A DNA stretch of 62,587 nucleotides, filler included, from a bacterium (GTDB lineage: Bacteria; JAMOTN01), in NCBI GenBank assembly GCA_027062325.1. It is 7 parts of 7 records of this genome, joined end to end, with 100 filler letters (N's around TTAATTAATTAA, not from the genome) between each part and the next. Parts side by side here need not be neighbours in the genome. Positions count along the whole stretch, not along the records: positions 30,212 to 38,697 come from JAMOTN010000031.1; positions 38,798 to 47,128 come from JAMOTN010000033.1; 5 more parts are not named here. One strand, 5' to 3'. Shown here piece by piece: positions 30,227-39,047 of the stretch (position 1 is the stretch's first letter; each line of letters begins with the position of its first letter). The position numbers and the translations under genes are program-made. A model generated the notes under the pieces. The model had not been told where the DNA came from and did no database searches. It saw only the letters and a list, made by a program, of their open reading frames with translations.

Positions 30227-30943
30227 ATGAAGGGAAAAACTTCTCGAAAAGTGCGCCTTGATAAGGCTTTGGCTTTGGCAGGATATGGAACTCGCAGACA
30301 GGTAAAAGAGCTTATTAAAGAAGGCTTGGTTTCTGTGAACGGAGAGATTGTTAAGAGAGTGATTGATGTTACACCTGATGACTTTATTGAAGTTGATGGA
30401 GAGGTATTCCATCCCCGACATAACATATATGTTGTTTTGAATAAGCCAGCAGGTTACAGCTCAAATGCGAAAGAGTACAACAGTTGCTATCAGTTATTGG
30501 ATGTTCCCTATGCTTCGCGCCTTAAAGTGGCTGGGAGATTGGATGTTGATGTTGAAGGATTGCTACTTCTCTCTACAGATAATGAGTTCATTCATCGCAT
30601 AACTCATCCTAGGTGGAAGGTAGAAAAGGAGTACTGGGTGGTGTTGGATAAGCCTTTGGATGAAAGGGCTGTGAGGCGTATAGAGAGGGGAGTTTACATA
30701 GGTGGTGGAGAGAGGGCAAGGCCGGCGAAGGTTTTTGAAGAGGATGGATTTGTGAGAATAGTTGTTACAGAGGGGAAATATCATCTGGTTAAAAGAATAT
30801 TCTTAGCTGTTGAAAGGCGTGTTTTAAAAATGAAGAGAGTTAGGATTGGAAGCTTTAGACTAACGGACCTTGAGCTTGGAGAGTGGAGAGAGCTTACAGA
30901 TGATGAGATAACTATTCTAAAGTCAGATGTGGGTTTGAGTTAG
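30227..30943 (+). CDS. rsuA: RsuA family rRNA pseudouridine synthase
   Basis: S4 domain RLDKAL, LNKPAGY, AGRLDVDVEGLLLL, EGKYHLVKR. Confidence 0.85.
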   Translation: MKGKTSRKVRLDKALALAGYGTRRQVKELIKEGLVSVNGEIVKRVIDVTPDDFIEVDGEVFHPRHNIYVVLNKPAGYSSNAKEYNSCYQLLDVPYASRLKVAGRLDVDVEGLLLLSTDNEFIHRITHPRWKVEKEYWVVLDKPLDERAVRRIERGVYIGGGERARPAKVFEEDGFVRIVVTEGKYHLVKRIFLAVERRVLKMKRVRIGSFRLTDLELGEWRELTDDEITILKSDVGLS

Positions 30944-30946
30944 GTA

Positions 30947-31474
30947 TTGAGTCTGGCAGAGGTGGATTTGGTGTTGGAAAACTTTGTTCACAATTTGATC
31001 TATTCAACTTATAAGTTTATAGACAGTTGGGGATTATGGGCGTTGTTTTTATTTTCAATAACAGAAAGTATTGTGAATCCTGTGCCGCCCGATGTTTTCT
31101 TACCATTTGCTGCCTCTAAGTTTGGAGTTTTGAAAGTTACTTTTGCTGCTTTAGCTGGAAATTTGATTGGTGCCATCATATCTTATGTAGCTTTTTATTA
31201 CTTTAAAGATCACTTTTCCAGTATGTTGCTTAGAAACAAATATTATTTAAGAGCAAGGCAACTTTTGGAAAAGTGGGAAGTAACAGCTGTTATTGTGGCT
31301 GCTTTGACACCCATTCCTTACAAGTTGATGTGTTGGAGCGCTGGTTTTTTGGAATTGAACTTTGTAAAATTTATAGTTGCTTCAATTTTAGCAAGGGGAT
31401 TGAGATTTTTTGTGGTTGCCTCTGTTGGGAGATGGAGTTTGGAAGCTTTTATGACTATTTTGAAGGAGGGATAG
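30947..31474 (+). CDS. YqaA/DedA (VTT domain) membrane protein
   Basis: ES...PVPPD, LTPIPYK, ARGLRF. Confidence 0.85.
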   Translation: MSLAEVDLVLENFVHNLIYSTYKFIDSWGLWALFLFSITESIVNPVPPDVFLPFAASKFGVLKVTFAALAGNLIGAIISYVAFYYFKDHFSSMLLRNKYYLRARQLLEKWEVTAVIVAALTPIPYKLMCWSAGFLELNFVKFIVASILARGLRFFVVASVGRWSLEAFMTILKEG

Positions 31475-31477
31475 AAT

Positions 31478-32026
31478 GTGCCGCTTAGAGTTACTGCGGG
31501 GCTTTTTAGAGGGAGAAAATTGGAAGAGTTCAAGGGAAGGGATATAAGGCCTGTTACAGCTGTGGTAAGAGAGGCATTTTTCAACATTGTTGATGTTTTT
31601 GGATTAACTTTTCTAGATTTGTTTGCGGGAACGGGAGTGATGGGAATAGAAGCATTGAGCAGAGGGGCAGAGTTTGTAGTTTTTGTGGATGCAAATCTTG
31701 ATGCTGTAAAGCTTATAAAAAGCAATTTAAATCGCTGTAAAGTAAGCGAAGATAAGTACACCATATTGAAGATGAGTGTTTCAGATTTTTTGGCTTCACC
31801 GGTAAGAAAAAAATATGATGTTGTATTTTTTGATCCTCCTTTTCCTGTTGGAATGTGGTATTCTGAATTGGCTTCTTGTGCGAGGGTTGTTAACAATGAT
31901 GGAATTGTAGTGGTTAAGAATCATAAGACCGAGTATTTGCCTGATAAGTTAGGGCTTTTGGAAAAAGTTGATGCTCGAAAGTATGGAAGTAGTGGTTTGA
32001 CATTTTATAGATTGATTGGACAATAA
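31478..32026 (+). CDS. rsmD: 16S rRNA m2G966 methyltransferase
   Basis: RVTAG.FRGRKL, RP...VREAFFN, LDLFAGTG..GIEALSRGA, FFDPPF, YG. Confidence 0.92.
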   Translation: MPLRVTAGLFRGRKLEEFKGRDIRPVTAVVREAFFNIVDVFGLTFLDLFAGTGVMGIEALSRGAEFVVFVDANLDAVKLIKSNLNRCKVSEDKYTILKMSVSDFLASPVRKKYDVVFFDPPFPVGMWYSELASCARVVNNDGIVVVKNHKTEYLPDKLGLLEKVDARKYGSSGLTFYRLIGQ

Positions 32027-32054
32027 ATAAAGATAGCTGTTTTGGAGAGAATAT

Positions 32055-32561
32055 GTGGGGGTGAGTTCAGTGCCGACGGTTGTATATCCAGGAAGTTTTG
32101 ATCCAGTCACACTGGGGCACCTTGACATAATGAAACGCGCGGTGAAGATATTTGGCACTCTTGTGGTTTTAATAGCTAATAATCCATCTAAGAAATATAC
32201 TTTCTCTGCTGAAGAAAGGGAAAAATTTATAATTAAAGCTTTAGAGGAAGAGGGGATGAGCAATATTGTTAAGGTTGAAGTTTTTAACGGCCTACTGGTT
32301 GATTATGTGAGAAAATTTGGAGATGTGGTTATTATAAGAGGTTTAAGAGCTGTGACAGACTTTGAATATGAGTTTCAGATGTTGCTTGCTAATAGAACAC
32401 TTTGTAAAGAATTCGAGTTGATATTTCTACCAGCCAGTAATCGTTATCTTTACCTTAGCTCTTCTATTGTTAAGGAGATAGCAAGGTTTGGTGGTGACAT
32501 AAGTAGGTGTGTACCTGCTTCTATAATAGATTTTGTTATGGAGAAATTGAGAATTAATTAG
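32055..32561 (+). CDS. coaD: pantetheine-phosphate adenylyltransferase
   Basis: YPGSFDPVTLGH, IRGLRAVTDFEYE, LSSSIVKE. Confidence 0.96.
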   Translation: MGVSSVPTVVYPGSFDPVTLGHLDIMKRAVKIFGTLVVLIANNPSKKYTFSAEEREKFIIKALEEEGMSNIVKVEVFNGLLVDYVRKFGDVVIIRGLRAVTDFEYEFQMLLANRTLCKEFELIFLPASNRYLYLSSSIVKEIARFGGDISRCVPASIIDFVMEKLRIN

Positions 32562-32562
32562 T

Positions 32563-33951
32563 ATGATGAAGGTGCTGCTTATGGGCACTAGATTGAGTAA
32601 TTTTATTTTGCTTTTTTGCTTTTTTATTTCAACTTATGTTTTTGCTCAAAGCTTAAAATATCGGGAAAGTTTTGTATTGTGGGATACTTTTATAAAAGTT
32701 GGAGCTAGTTTTAAGCCAGCTTTTGATGTTGAAAGTTTTTTGAAAAAATGGGAAAATGAGTTTTCCCCGGAAAAATTTAAAGCTCTTGCAGCTACAAAAG
32801 AGATATTGCTTAGTACTTCTGAAGCTAGAGTTTTCAAAGAGGCTGGAGGCTTTGTTGATTTAACAAACGGCTACTTCGATCCGACGGTTGGAGTGCTGTC
32901 TCAACTTTGGGGATTTTGGAGTGGTAATTACAGAGTTCCTAGTGCTCATGAGATAAAAAAGGCTTTGAGTTTTGTTGGATGGCGTAAATTGGTAAAGATT
33001 GAGAGAGTATCGTCAGGTTTATGGAAGGTTGTCAAGAAGAGAGGGGTGATTTTTGATTTTGGTGGAATAGCAAAAGGTGCTGGGATTGATATGCTAGTTG
33101 ATAAGTTGAAAGAAGATATGCGTTCCTATGATGTGTTTTTTGTTGATGCTGGTGGGGATGTGGTAATTTGTGGAAAAAAATTGTGGCGGGTGGGAATAAA
33201 GAATCCCCGAGGAAAAGGTATTGCAGGAGTTTTGGAGTTTGACTTGAGTGAAAAGGAGTGTGTAGCAATTGCAACGAGTGGGGACTATGAGCGTTATTTT
33301 GAAAAAGATGGTAAGCGATACTGTCACATATTTGATCCTCGAACGGGATATCCTGTGATAGGACCTGAGAGTGTAACAGTTATAGCTAAAAATCTAACAA
33401 AAGCAGATGCTTTAGCAACGGCTTTTTTTGCAATGGCTAGCTGGGAAGTTGTAAAGAGAGTAGCTGATAAACTTAAAGTAGGAGTGGTGTGGATAGGAAG
33501 TGATGGTAAGATGATTGAAAATAATTTTGCAAAACCCTACTTGAAAGGAGTAAAGTTTTACACCTCTAAAGATTGGATATTGATAGTTATATTGGCAGTA
33601 TTTTTATCGGTGGTGTTATTTTTATCTTGGAAAGCTGGAAAGTTTGGTGGCGTTGGGAAGATGAAGCCTTCTAGAGCGGTGATTTTGACGCCTTATGGAA
33701 AAAAGGTATTTGAACTTCCTCGAGAGGGGAAAGTTGTAATTAAAGGTAAGTTAGGTGATGTTAAGCTCAAATTTGATGGTTATAGGGTTAGGGTTATAAG
33801 TAGTAGTTGCCCGGATAAAATATGTATGAAACACGGTTGGCTTGAAGATGTTTTTCCGCGTGATTCTATAATATGTGTTCCTAATGAAGTGGAGATTAGA
33901 TTGGAAGGTGTAGGCAAGGATATAAATGATGTTGATTTAGTGGTTAGATAA
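32563..33951 (+). CDS. apbE: ApbE FAD:protein FMN transferase fused to NusG domain II-like module
   Basis: FDPTVG.L..LWG, DFGGIAKG, DAGGD, ATSGDYERYF, HIFDPRTG.P, ADALATA; then a TM and SCPDKIC..HGW...IICVPNEV.I. Confidence 0.88.
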   Translation: MMKVLLMGTRLSNFILLFCFFISTYVFAQSLKYRESFVLWDTFIKVGASFKPAFDVESFLKKWENEFSPEKFKALAATKEILLSTSEARVFKEAGGFVDLTNGYFDPTVGVLSQLWGFWSGNYRVPSAHEIKKALSFVGWRKLVKIERVSSGLWKVVKKRGVIFDFGGIAKGAGIDMLVDKLKEDMRSYDVFFVDAGGDVVICGKKLWRVGIKNPRGKGIAGVLEFDLSEKECVAIATSGDYERYFEKDGKRYCHIFDPRTGYPVIGPESVTVIAKNLTKADALATAFFAMASWEVVKRVADKLKVGVVWIGSDGKMIENNFAKPYLKGVKFYTSKDWILIVILAVFLSVVLFLSWKAGKFGGVGKMKPSRAVILTPYGKKVFELPREGKVVIKGKLGDVKLKFDGYRVRVISSSCPDKICMKHGWLEDVFPRDSIICVPNEVEIRLEGVGKDINDVDLVVR

Positions 33952-33960
33952 TTTGGAGGA

Positions 33961-34416
33961 TTGCAAGATTTGGATTTTAAGTGGAAGCGATTAAGTTTTG
34001 CAGCGATTGTTTTGATGTTGTTGGTTATTTTAGATAGATTTACTTCATTCTATATGCTGAGATTTGGTTTATCAAATCTTGTGATTTACTTGTATTACGA
34101 TGTGTTTTGGCAACTTGTTTTATTCAAAGCACTGGTGGTTTTTATTTTTAAAGGGCCTTTTGTCTCATTTGTTTCTTTTCTTGCTACTTCTATTTCTGCT
34201 TTTGTAGTTGTCAAATTGTTGCAGGCAGGTTATGGTTCAGTTGTGAGTTGCGTTACAGGTAGTGTTTTGCATACATATGTTCAAATATTAGTTTTTCAAA
34301 TTTTTTTGTTCAAGTTAGGGTTTTATATTGAACTTTTAGCGTTTGGAATGTCAATTTTGACAGGGATATTGACTGGTTTAATATTGCCTAGGCTGGAGTT
34401 GTATTTACAAAGATGA
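33961..34416 (+). CDS. Gx transporter family (heptaprenyl-PP synthase component I-like) membrane protein
   Basis: Very hydrophobic; RFGLSN, S..G...H...Q, GILTG motifs; usual neighbour of NusG-II genes. Confidence 0.7.
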   Translation: MQDLDFKWKRLSFAAIVLMLLVILDRFTSFYMLRFGLSNLVIYLYYDVFWQLVLFKALVVFIFKGPFVSFVSFLATSISAFVVVKLLQAGYGSVVSCVTGSVLHTYVQILVFQIFLFKLGFYIELLAFGMSILTGILTGLILPRLELYLQR

Positions 34417-34496
34417 TTGGAGTGGAACGTGGAGCAGTTTTTTTAAGAGAGGTTATAATAAAACTTGGAGTTTTTATATGTTTTGGGGGTATTTTT

Positions 34497-37400
34497 ATGA
34501 AAAGTGTACTTCTGAGAGTCATGGCGTTGACTTTTACGATTTTTGTTATTTTTAGTTTTTCCGAAAGTTTGGATGAACTTTATAAGAGATATACCTATTT
34601 AGTTAACAAGGCTTCAGAGGCTGTGGGTGAAGAAAAAGCAGAATTGGATGAGCAAATACAGGAAGTTTTGAAGAAGATAAATGGCGTCACTCGTGGAGTA
34701 AGTAGAGTGGCTACTGAAAGTGTAAGAATACAGCAAAAAGTTTCGAAGTATGGCAAGGTTGGTAAGAAAGTTGGGGAATTTTTAGGGCAAGTTAGTGTTT
34801 TTGCAGGAAATCTTACCAATATTTTGAATAATGTTCAAAATGTTATAAGTCAGGCAACTTTGGAAGTTGAAGATGCAATTGCATCTGTTGACGTTTCAAG
34901 TTTTGGAGATGTGAAAAATTTAGCGAATTTGATACTTCAAAGTAAGTTGTCAGAGGATATTATTGGGAAAATAGTTGATCAGCTATCCAGTCCAAGAGGG
35001 AAAGAAATCCTTGCTAAATTACCCCCCTCCCTAAAGAAAAGAATAGAAAAGAGTTTGAAAAAGGAGATAAGAGAAAACTATACTTCTTACATTGGAATAG
35101 AAAGACCTTCTTTTTTCAAAAAACTTTACCTTAAAGTGAAAGAAAAATTGGGCAAGCTTACGAATGAAGATAAGTTAATCTTGGCCAAAGAAGCATTTGA
35201 TAAAGGTGAATTAGACAAAGCTATGAAATATTTGAATGAACTAGAAAAGGCAGGTTACGATGCTCCTCAGCTTTACTATTTGAAAGCCTTGATATATGAA
35301 AAGCAAGGGAGAACGGAAGATTCCATTATATACTTAGCCAAGTTTATAAAGTATGCAATTACTAAAAAGAGTGCAATGGTTGCGGCAGCTATTAAAGATG
35401 AGAGTTTGTTTGATAAGTTGATGGAGAAGCTGTTTGCGTATAAATCCAAGTATGATAAGTACATAAAAGATCCTAAGTTGTTTAAGGTAGCTGTTCAGCG
35501 TTTCTTAAAGTCGGGAGATAAGAAGAGTTTTAGAAGATTAATAGCTCATTTAGGTAATAAGAATGATATAAGAAAGACGTGGAAATATATTGCTCAAATG
35601 TACAACGATTTTAAAGCTCAGGTGCGTTCCAACCAAGTTCCACCTCAGCTGAAGGAAGAAGTAAATTGGGCAATAAACAATTTGAGAGTACTAAAATACA
35701 GGGTTGAGAAGGCAGTTTTCTATACAGAGGAAAATGTTACAAAGGATCGCTATGTTGTATTTGTATTGTTTGATGGTTTGAGCTGGCCTCTTTTAAAACG
35801 TTTAATGAGGGAAGGAAGGTTGCCGTTCCTAGCGAAATTAGTGAGAAATGGAATGTATTCTGATAACTGTTTGACAGTGGTTCCTTCCATGACAGGGCCG
35901 GGACATATTGCATTTTACATGGGGGTATTTAACGATAGAATGGGAATACCGAATTTGCGCTACTTTGACAGAACTTCGAAATCTTTGAGAAACTACATTG
36001 GATTGGATATGACTACTAGCAATGTAGATGCTTACAGATATGTGCCAACAATATTTAGGCAGCTTGGTTATCAGGCAGGAGTAGTAGGTGAGATGTTTGC
36101 GCCGGGGGTTAAAGTATTCAGGAATATTCCAAAGGTGGAGTTTATTTTGGCAGCTGCTCACACATACAAGGCTTTCTTGATAATGGATAAGGTTAGTTTG
36201 AATGTGTTTAAAAATTTGGTAAAGGTTGGGGTGGCATTTCATAATTTACCCCACTTTATAGTGCTTTACTTGCCGGGAATTGATGAGACTAGCCATAATT
36301 ATGGATGGGGAAGTAAGGAATGTATAGATCACTATACGAATATAATAGAGCTAACTGCGAAAACAATTTATGATTTGTTTAATGAATCCGGGTTATGGGA
36401 TAAGACCATAGTTATTTTCTCTGGTGATCATGGACAGCAGAGGAGTAAGGAAGAGTTACCAGCTCATAAGTTTTTTGAAAAGTTTGGTTTAAAAGGTTTG
36501 AACCCGAGCCTTACAGATGATTTAAAGGTTAAGTTCATGCTTGATAAGTATGATGTGGTTCAACTACCTACTGGAAATGCATGTATGAATTACTACTTCA
36601 AAGATCCGGTGACTGGAAAATGGGACAGCATAGTTATGGGTAAGCAGTTGAGAAATTACCCCACTCCTAAAGGAAATACTGATTTGGTAAAAGCGGTAGT
36701 TGATGCTTATAAAGATGCGATAGTGTGTGCAGTTTACAAGATATCACCTGTTAAGTTCGGGGTTGTTTCGTATAAAGGTGAGGCTGTTATAAAGGTGAGA
36801 TGGGCGTTTGGTAAGACCTTAATCAAATACGAGCCGATTACTGCTAATGTTTTGGAAATACCAAGTGAGTACTGTGGACGTTGGATGACAGATGATAGCT
36901 GGTTAAAGGCTTCTTTGAGATTGAAATGGCCGGGAGCTGTTGAAGGAATTGCTCATTACATGATGAATGCATATTCGCCTGATTTGGTACTATTTGCCAA
37001 CTACCGTTCTTTTGGTTGGCAGCATTACAAAGGAAATCACGGATCTGTTGATCCTGAGAGTATGAGGGTTCCAATGCTAATATTCGGTGGGGCTCCAGAA
37101 GTGAAGCGTGGTGTAAAGATAAAGTATTGTCGCACAATTGATGTCTATCCTACAGTTTGCAAATTGCTAGGTGTAACAGTGCCTTCTGGTATTGATGGAA
37201 GGGATATATTTAAGCGTCCGCTTGAAAAGGCAACGGATTTCTTTGCTACTCAAGAAGCGTCAGTAGGTGATGGGTTAGAGGCGACGGTGGTTCGTGTGGT
37301 AGATGGTGATACCCTCATAGTTAGATTGGCTAATGGGAAGGAGGAAAGAGTGCGACTTTTGGGGGTTGATACACCTGAAAAGACTCAACCTATGGGCCAA

Positions 37401-37700
37401 CTTGCAAAAAAATTTACAGAGGATATGGTATTGGGCAGAAGAGTTGTTTTGGAGTTTGAAAAGAATAAAAGGGGGCGTTATGGTAGGCTTTTGGCTTATG
37501 TTTGGATAGATGGGGTGCTTTTGAATGAAGAGTTATTGCGTGCTGGTATGGCTTATCTTTACGTGTTTACTAGAAAGATGAAGTATTACAGTCGTCTTGT
37601 TGAGGCTCAAAAGTTTGCAAAAGAAAATAAGCTTGGTGTATGGGGAGGAGATTACGAGAAACCTTGGGAGTATAGGAAGAGAATTAGAGGGGCAAGGTAG
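34497..37700 (+). CDS. secreted TPR + alkaline-phosphatase-superfamily phosphodiesterase + thermonuclease fusion
   Basis: Signal peptide from ATG 34497; TPR; FDGL, PSMTGPGH, IDETSH..G, SGDHG, GNHG; C-terminal VVDGDT, RLLGVDTPE, RYGRLLAYV, AK..KLG.W. The ORF track starts at 34413. Confidence 0.88.
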   Translation: MKSVLLRVMALTFTIFVIFSFSESLDELYKRYTYLVNKASEAVGEEKAELDEQIQEVLKKINGVTRGVSRVATESVRIQQKVSKYGKVGKKVGEFLGQVSVFAGNLTNILNNVQNVISQATLEVEDAIASVDVSSFGDVKNLANLILQSKLSEDIIGKIVDQLSSPRGKEILAKLPPSLKKRIEKSLKKEIRENYTSYIGIERPSFFKKLYLKVKEKLGKLTNEDKLILAKEAFDKGELDKAMKYLNELEKAGYDAPQLYYLKALIYEKQGRTEDSIIYLAKFIKYAITKKSAMVAAAIKDESLFDKLMEKLFAYKSKYDKYIKDPKLFKVAVQRFLKSGDKKSFRRLIAHLGNKNDIRKTWKYIAQMYNDFKAQVRSNQVPPQLKEEVNWAINNLRVLKYRVEKAVFYTEENVTKDRYVVFVLFDGLSWPLLKRLMREGRLPFLAKLVRNGMYSDNCLTVVPSMTGPGHIAFYMGVFNDRMGIPNLRYFDRTSKSLRNYIGLDMTTSNVDAYRYVPTIFRQLGYQAGVVGEMFAPGVKVFRNIPKVEFILAAAHTYKAFLIMDKVSLNVFKNLVKVGVAFHNLPHFIVLYLPGIDETSHNYGWGSKECIDHYTNIIELTAKTIYDLFNESGLWDKTIVIFSGDHGQQRSKEELPAHKFFEKFGLKGLNPSLTDDLKVKFMLDKYDVVQLPTGNACMNYYFKDPVTGKWDSIVMGKQLRNYPTPKGNTDLVKAVVDAYKDAIVCAVYKISPVKFGVVSYKGEAVIKVRWAFGKTLIKYEPITANVLEIPSEYCGRWMTDDSWLKASLRLKWPGAVEGIAHYMMNAYSPDLVLFANYRSFGWQHYKGNHGSVDPESMRVPMLIFGGAPEVKRGVKIKYCRTIDVYPTVCKLLGVTVPSGIDGRDIFKRPLEKATDFFATQEASVGDGLEATVVRVVDGDTLIVRLANGKEERVRLLGVDTPEKTQPMGQLAKKFTEDMVLGRRVVLEFEKNKRGRYGRLLAYVWIDGVLLNEELLRAGMAYLYVFTRKMKYYSRLVEAQKFAKENKLGVWGGDYEKPWEYRKRIRGAR

Positions 37701-37734
37701 TTTTTAAATTAGTTATTTCAATAAGGTATTTAGT

Positions 37735-37762
37735 AGGGGGCTTTTAAGCCCCCTTTTGTTTT
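37735..37762 (+). terminator. rho-independent terminator
   Basis: AGGGGGCTT-tt-AAGCCCCCT hairpin followed by TTTGTTTT. Confidence 0.85.
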
Positions 37763-37856
37763 ATTCAGATTTTTTGTTCAATTTACAGCGGCCTTTTTTA
37801 TTGGTTAGAATAGATAAAAGTTCGATTTTGTATGAGGCTTATGGAGAGAGATAAAT

Positions 37857-38697
37857 ATGGATAGTGTAAAGGTAGCGGCTTTTGACATTGGAGGCACGTT
37901 TGTAAAGTGTGCAAAAGTTGAGGTAAATGTTAAAGATTTTACTTTTAAAGTGACTGAGTACAAAAAGATTAGAAGCACTGTTATGTTTCTTGGTGAGGTT
38001 GAAGTGCTTATTGATAAGTGGAAAAGTGATGTTGATGTTGTGTCTTTTAGTGTTGCAGGTGCTGTGCGTGATCCAAAAGGTGTTGTATTTCTTCCCAATA
38101 TGGGATTGAGAGTAAATTTTTACGAATTTGCTCAAAAAGTGGCTCCGGGCCACCAAGTATTTATTTTAAATGATGCAGATGCTGCAGCAATTGCCTGTTG
38201 GCAAGAGGCGGAGAAGCTTGGTGTTTCAAATTACGCGACAGTTGTTTTGGGGACAGGAGTTGGAGCAGGGATTATTCATGGAAAGAAATTGCTTTCTACA
38301 GGAGCTGGTGAAATTGGGCATATTGTGGTGGAGAAGAACGGTTCTAATTGTAGTTGCGGAGGTAAAGGTTGCCTGGAGACTGTATGTTCTACAAGGTTCT
38401 TGGAAAGAGAGGCATTTGCCAGATTTGGTGTTAGGTTGACTCCTAAAGAATTATTTGAAAGTGATATGGCTTATAATTTGGCTAATGAGATGGAAAAGAT
38501 TTTAGACGATAACGTTTTGATTTCTCCTTATGAATTGAAAAGAAGACTTACTGTTAATAGATTGGCAAGCATTATTTTAAAGTATATAGAAAATTTAGCA
38601 ATTGCTATGGCTTCTACTGTAAACTTGCTGGCACTTGAGGCTGTGTTTTTAGCAGGTGGGATAGCCAGAGGTGTGAAAAAATTTGAAAAGTTGCTCA
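37857..38697 (+). CDS. ROK family sugar kinase (glucokinase-like), continues at 1..155
   Basis: FDIGGT, LNDADAAA, LGTGVGAG, AGEIGH, CSCGGKGCLET, LAGG. Confidence 0.92.
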
Positions 38698-38797
38698 NNN
38701 NNNNNNNNNNNNNNNNNNNNNNNNNNNNNNNNNNNNNNNNNTTAATTAATTAANNNNNNNNNNNNNNNNNNNNNNNNNNNNNNNNNNNNNNNNNNNN
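38698..38797. other. artificial contig linker
   Basis: N44-TTAATTAATTAA-N44. Confidence 0.99.
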
Positions 38798-39036
38798 TTC
38801 TTATCAAAACTTTTAATAGTTCTTTCTGCCATGAATCTTTCTATTTCAGAAACTGCTATATCTAACGCAAAATTTCTAAAACGTGCAACAACATTCTGTC
38901 TCTCTGTTGAGTATATTACTCTAACAACATAGAAACCCACAGTAAATAAAATTATTGCTAAAACCATCGCCCACACTATAAAAATAGCTCTCTTTTTAAC
39001 TCGGCTCTTTACTCTCATAAGTCTCATAAACAGCAA
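38798..39036 (-). CDS. PilX-like/pilin-like protein, 3' truncated
   Basis: Basic leader KKRA, hydrophobic helix, then A..IA..EIE amphipathic segment. Confidence 0.5.
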
Positions 39037-39047
39037 ACACTACCCTC

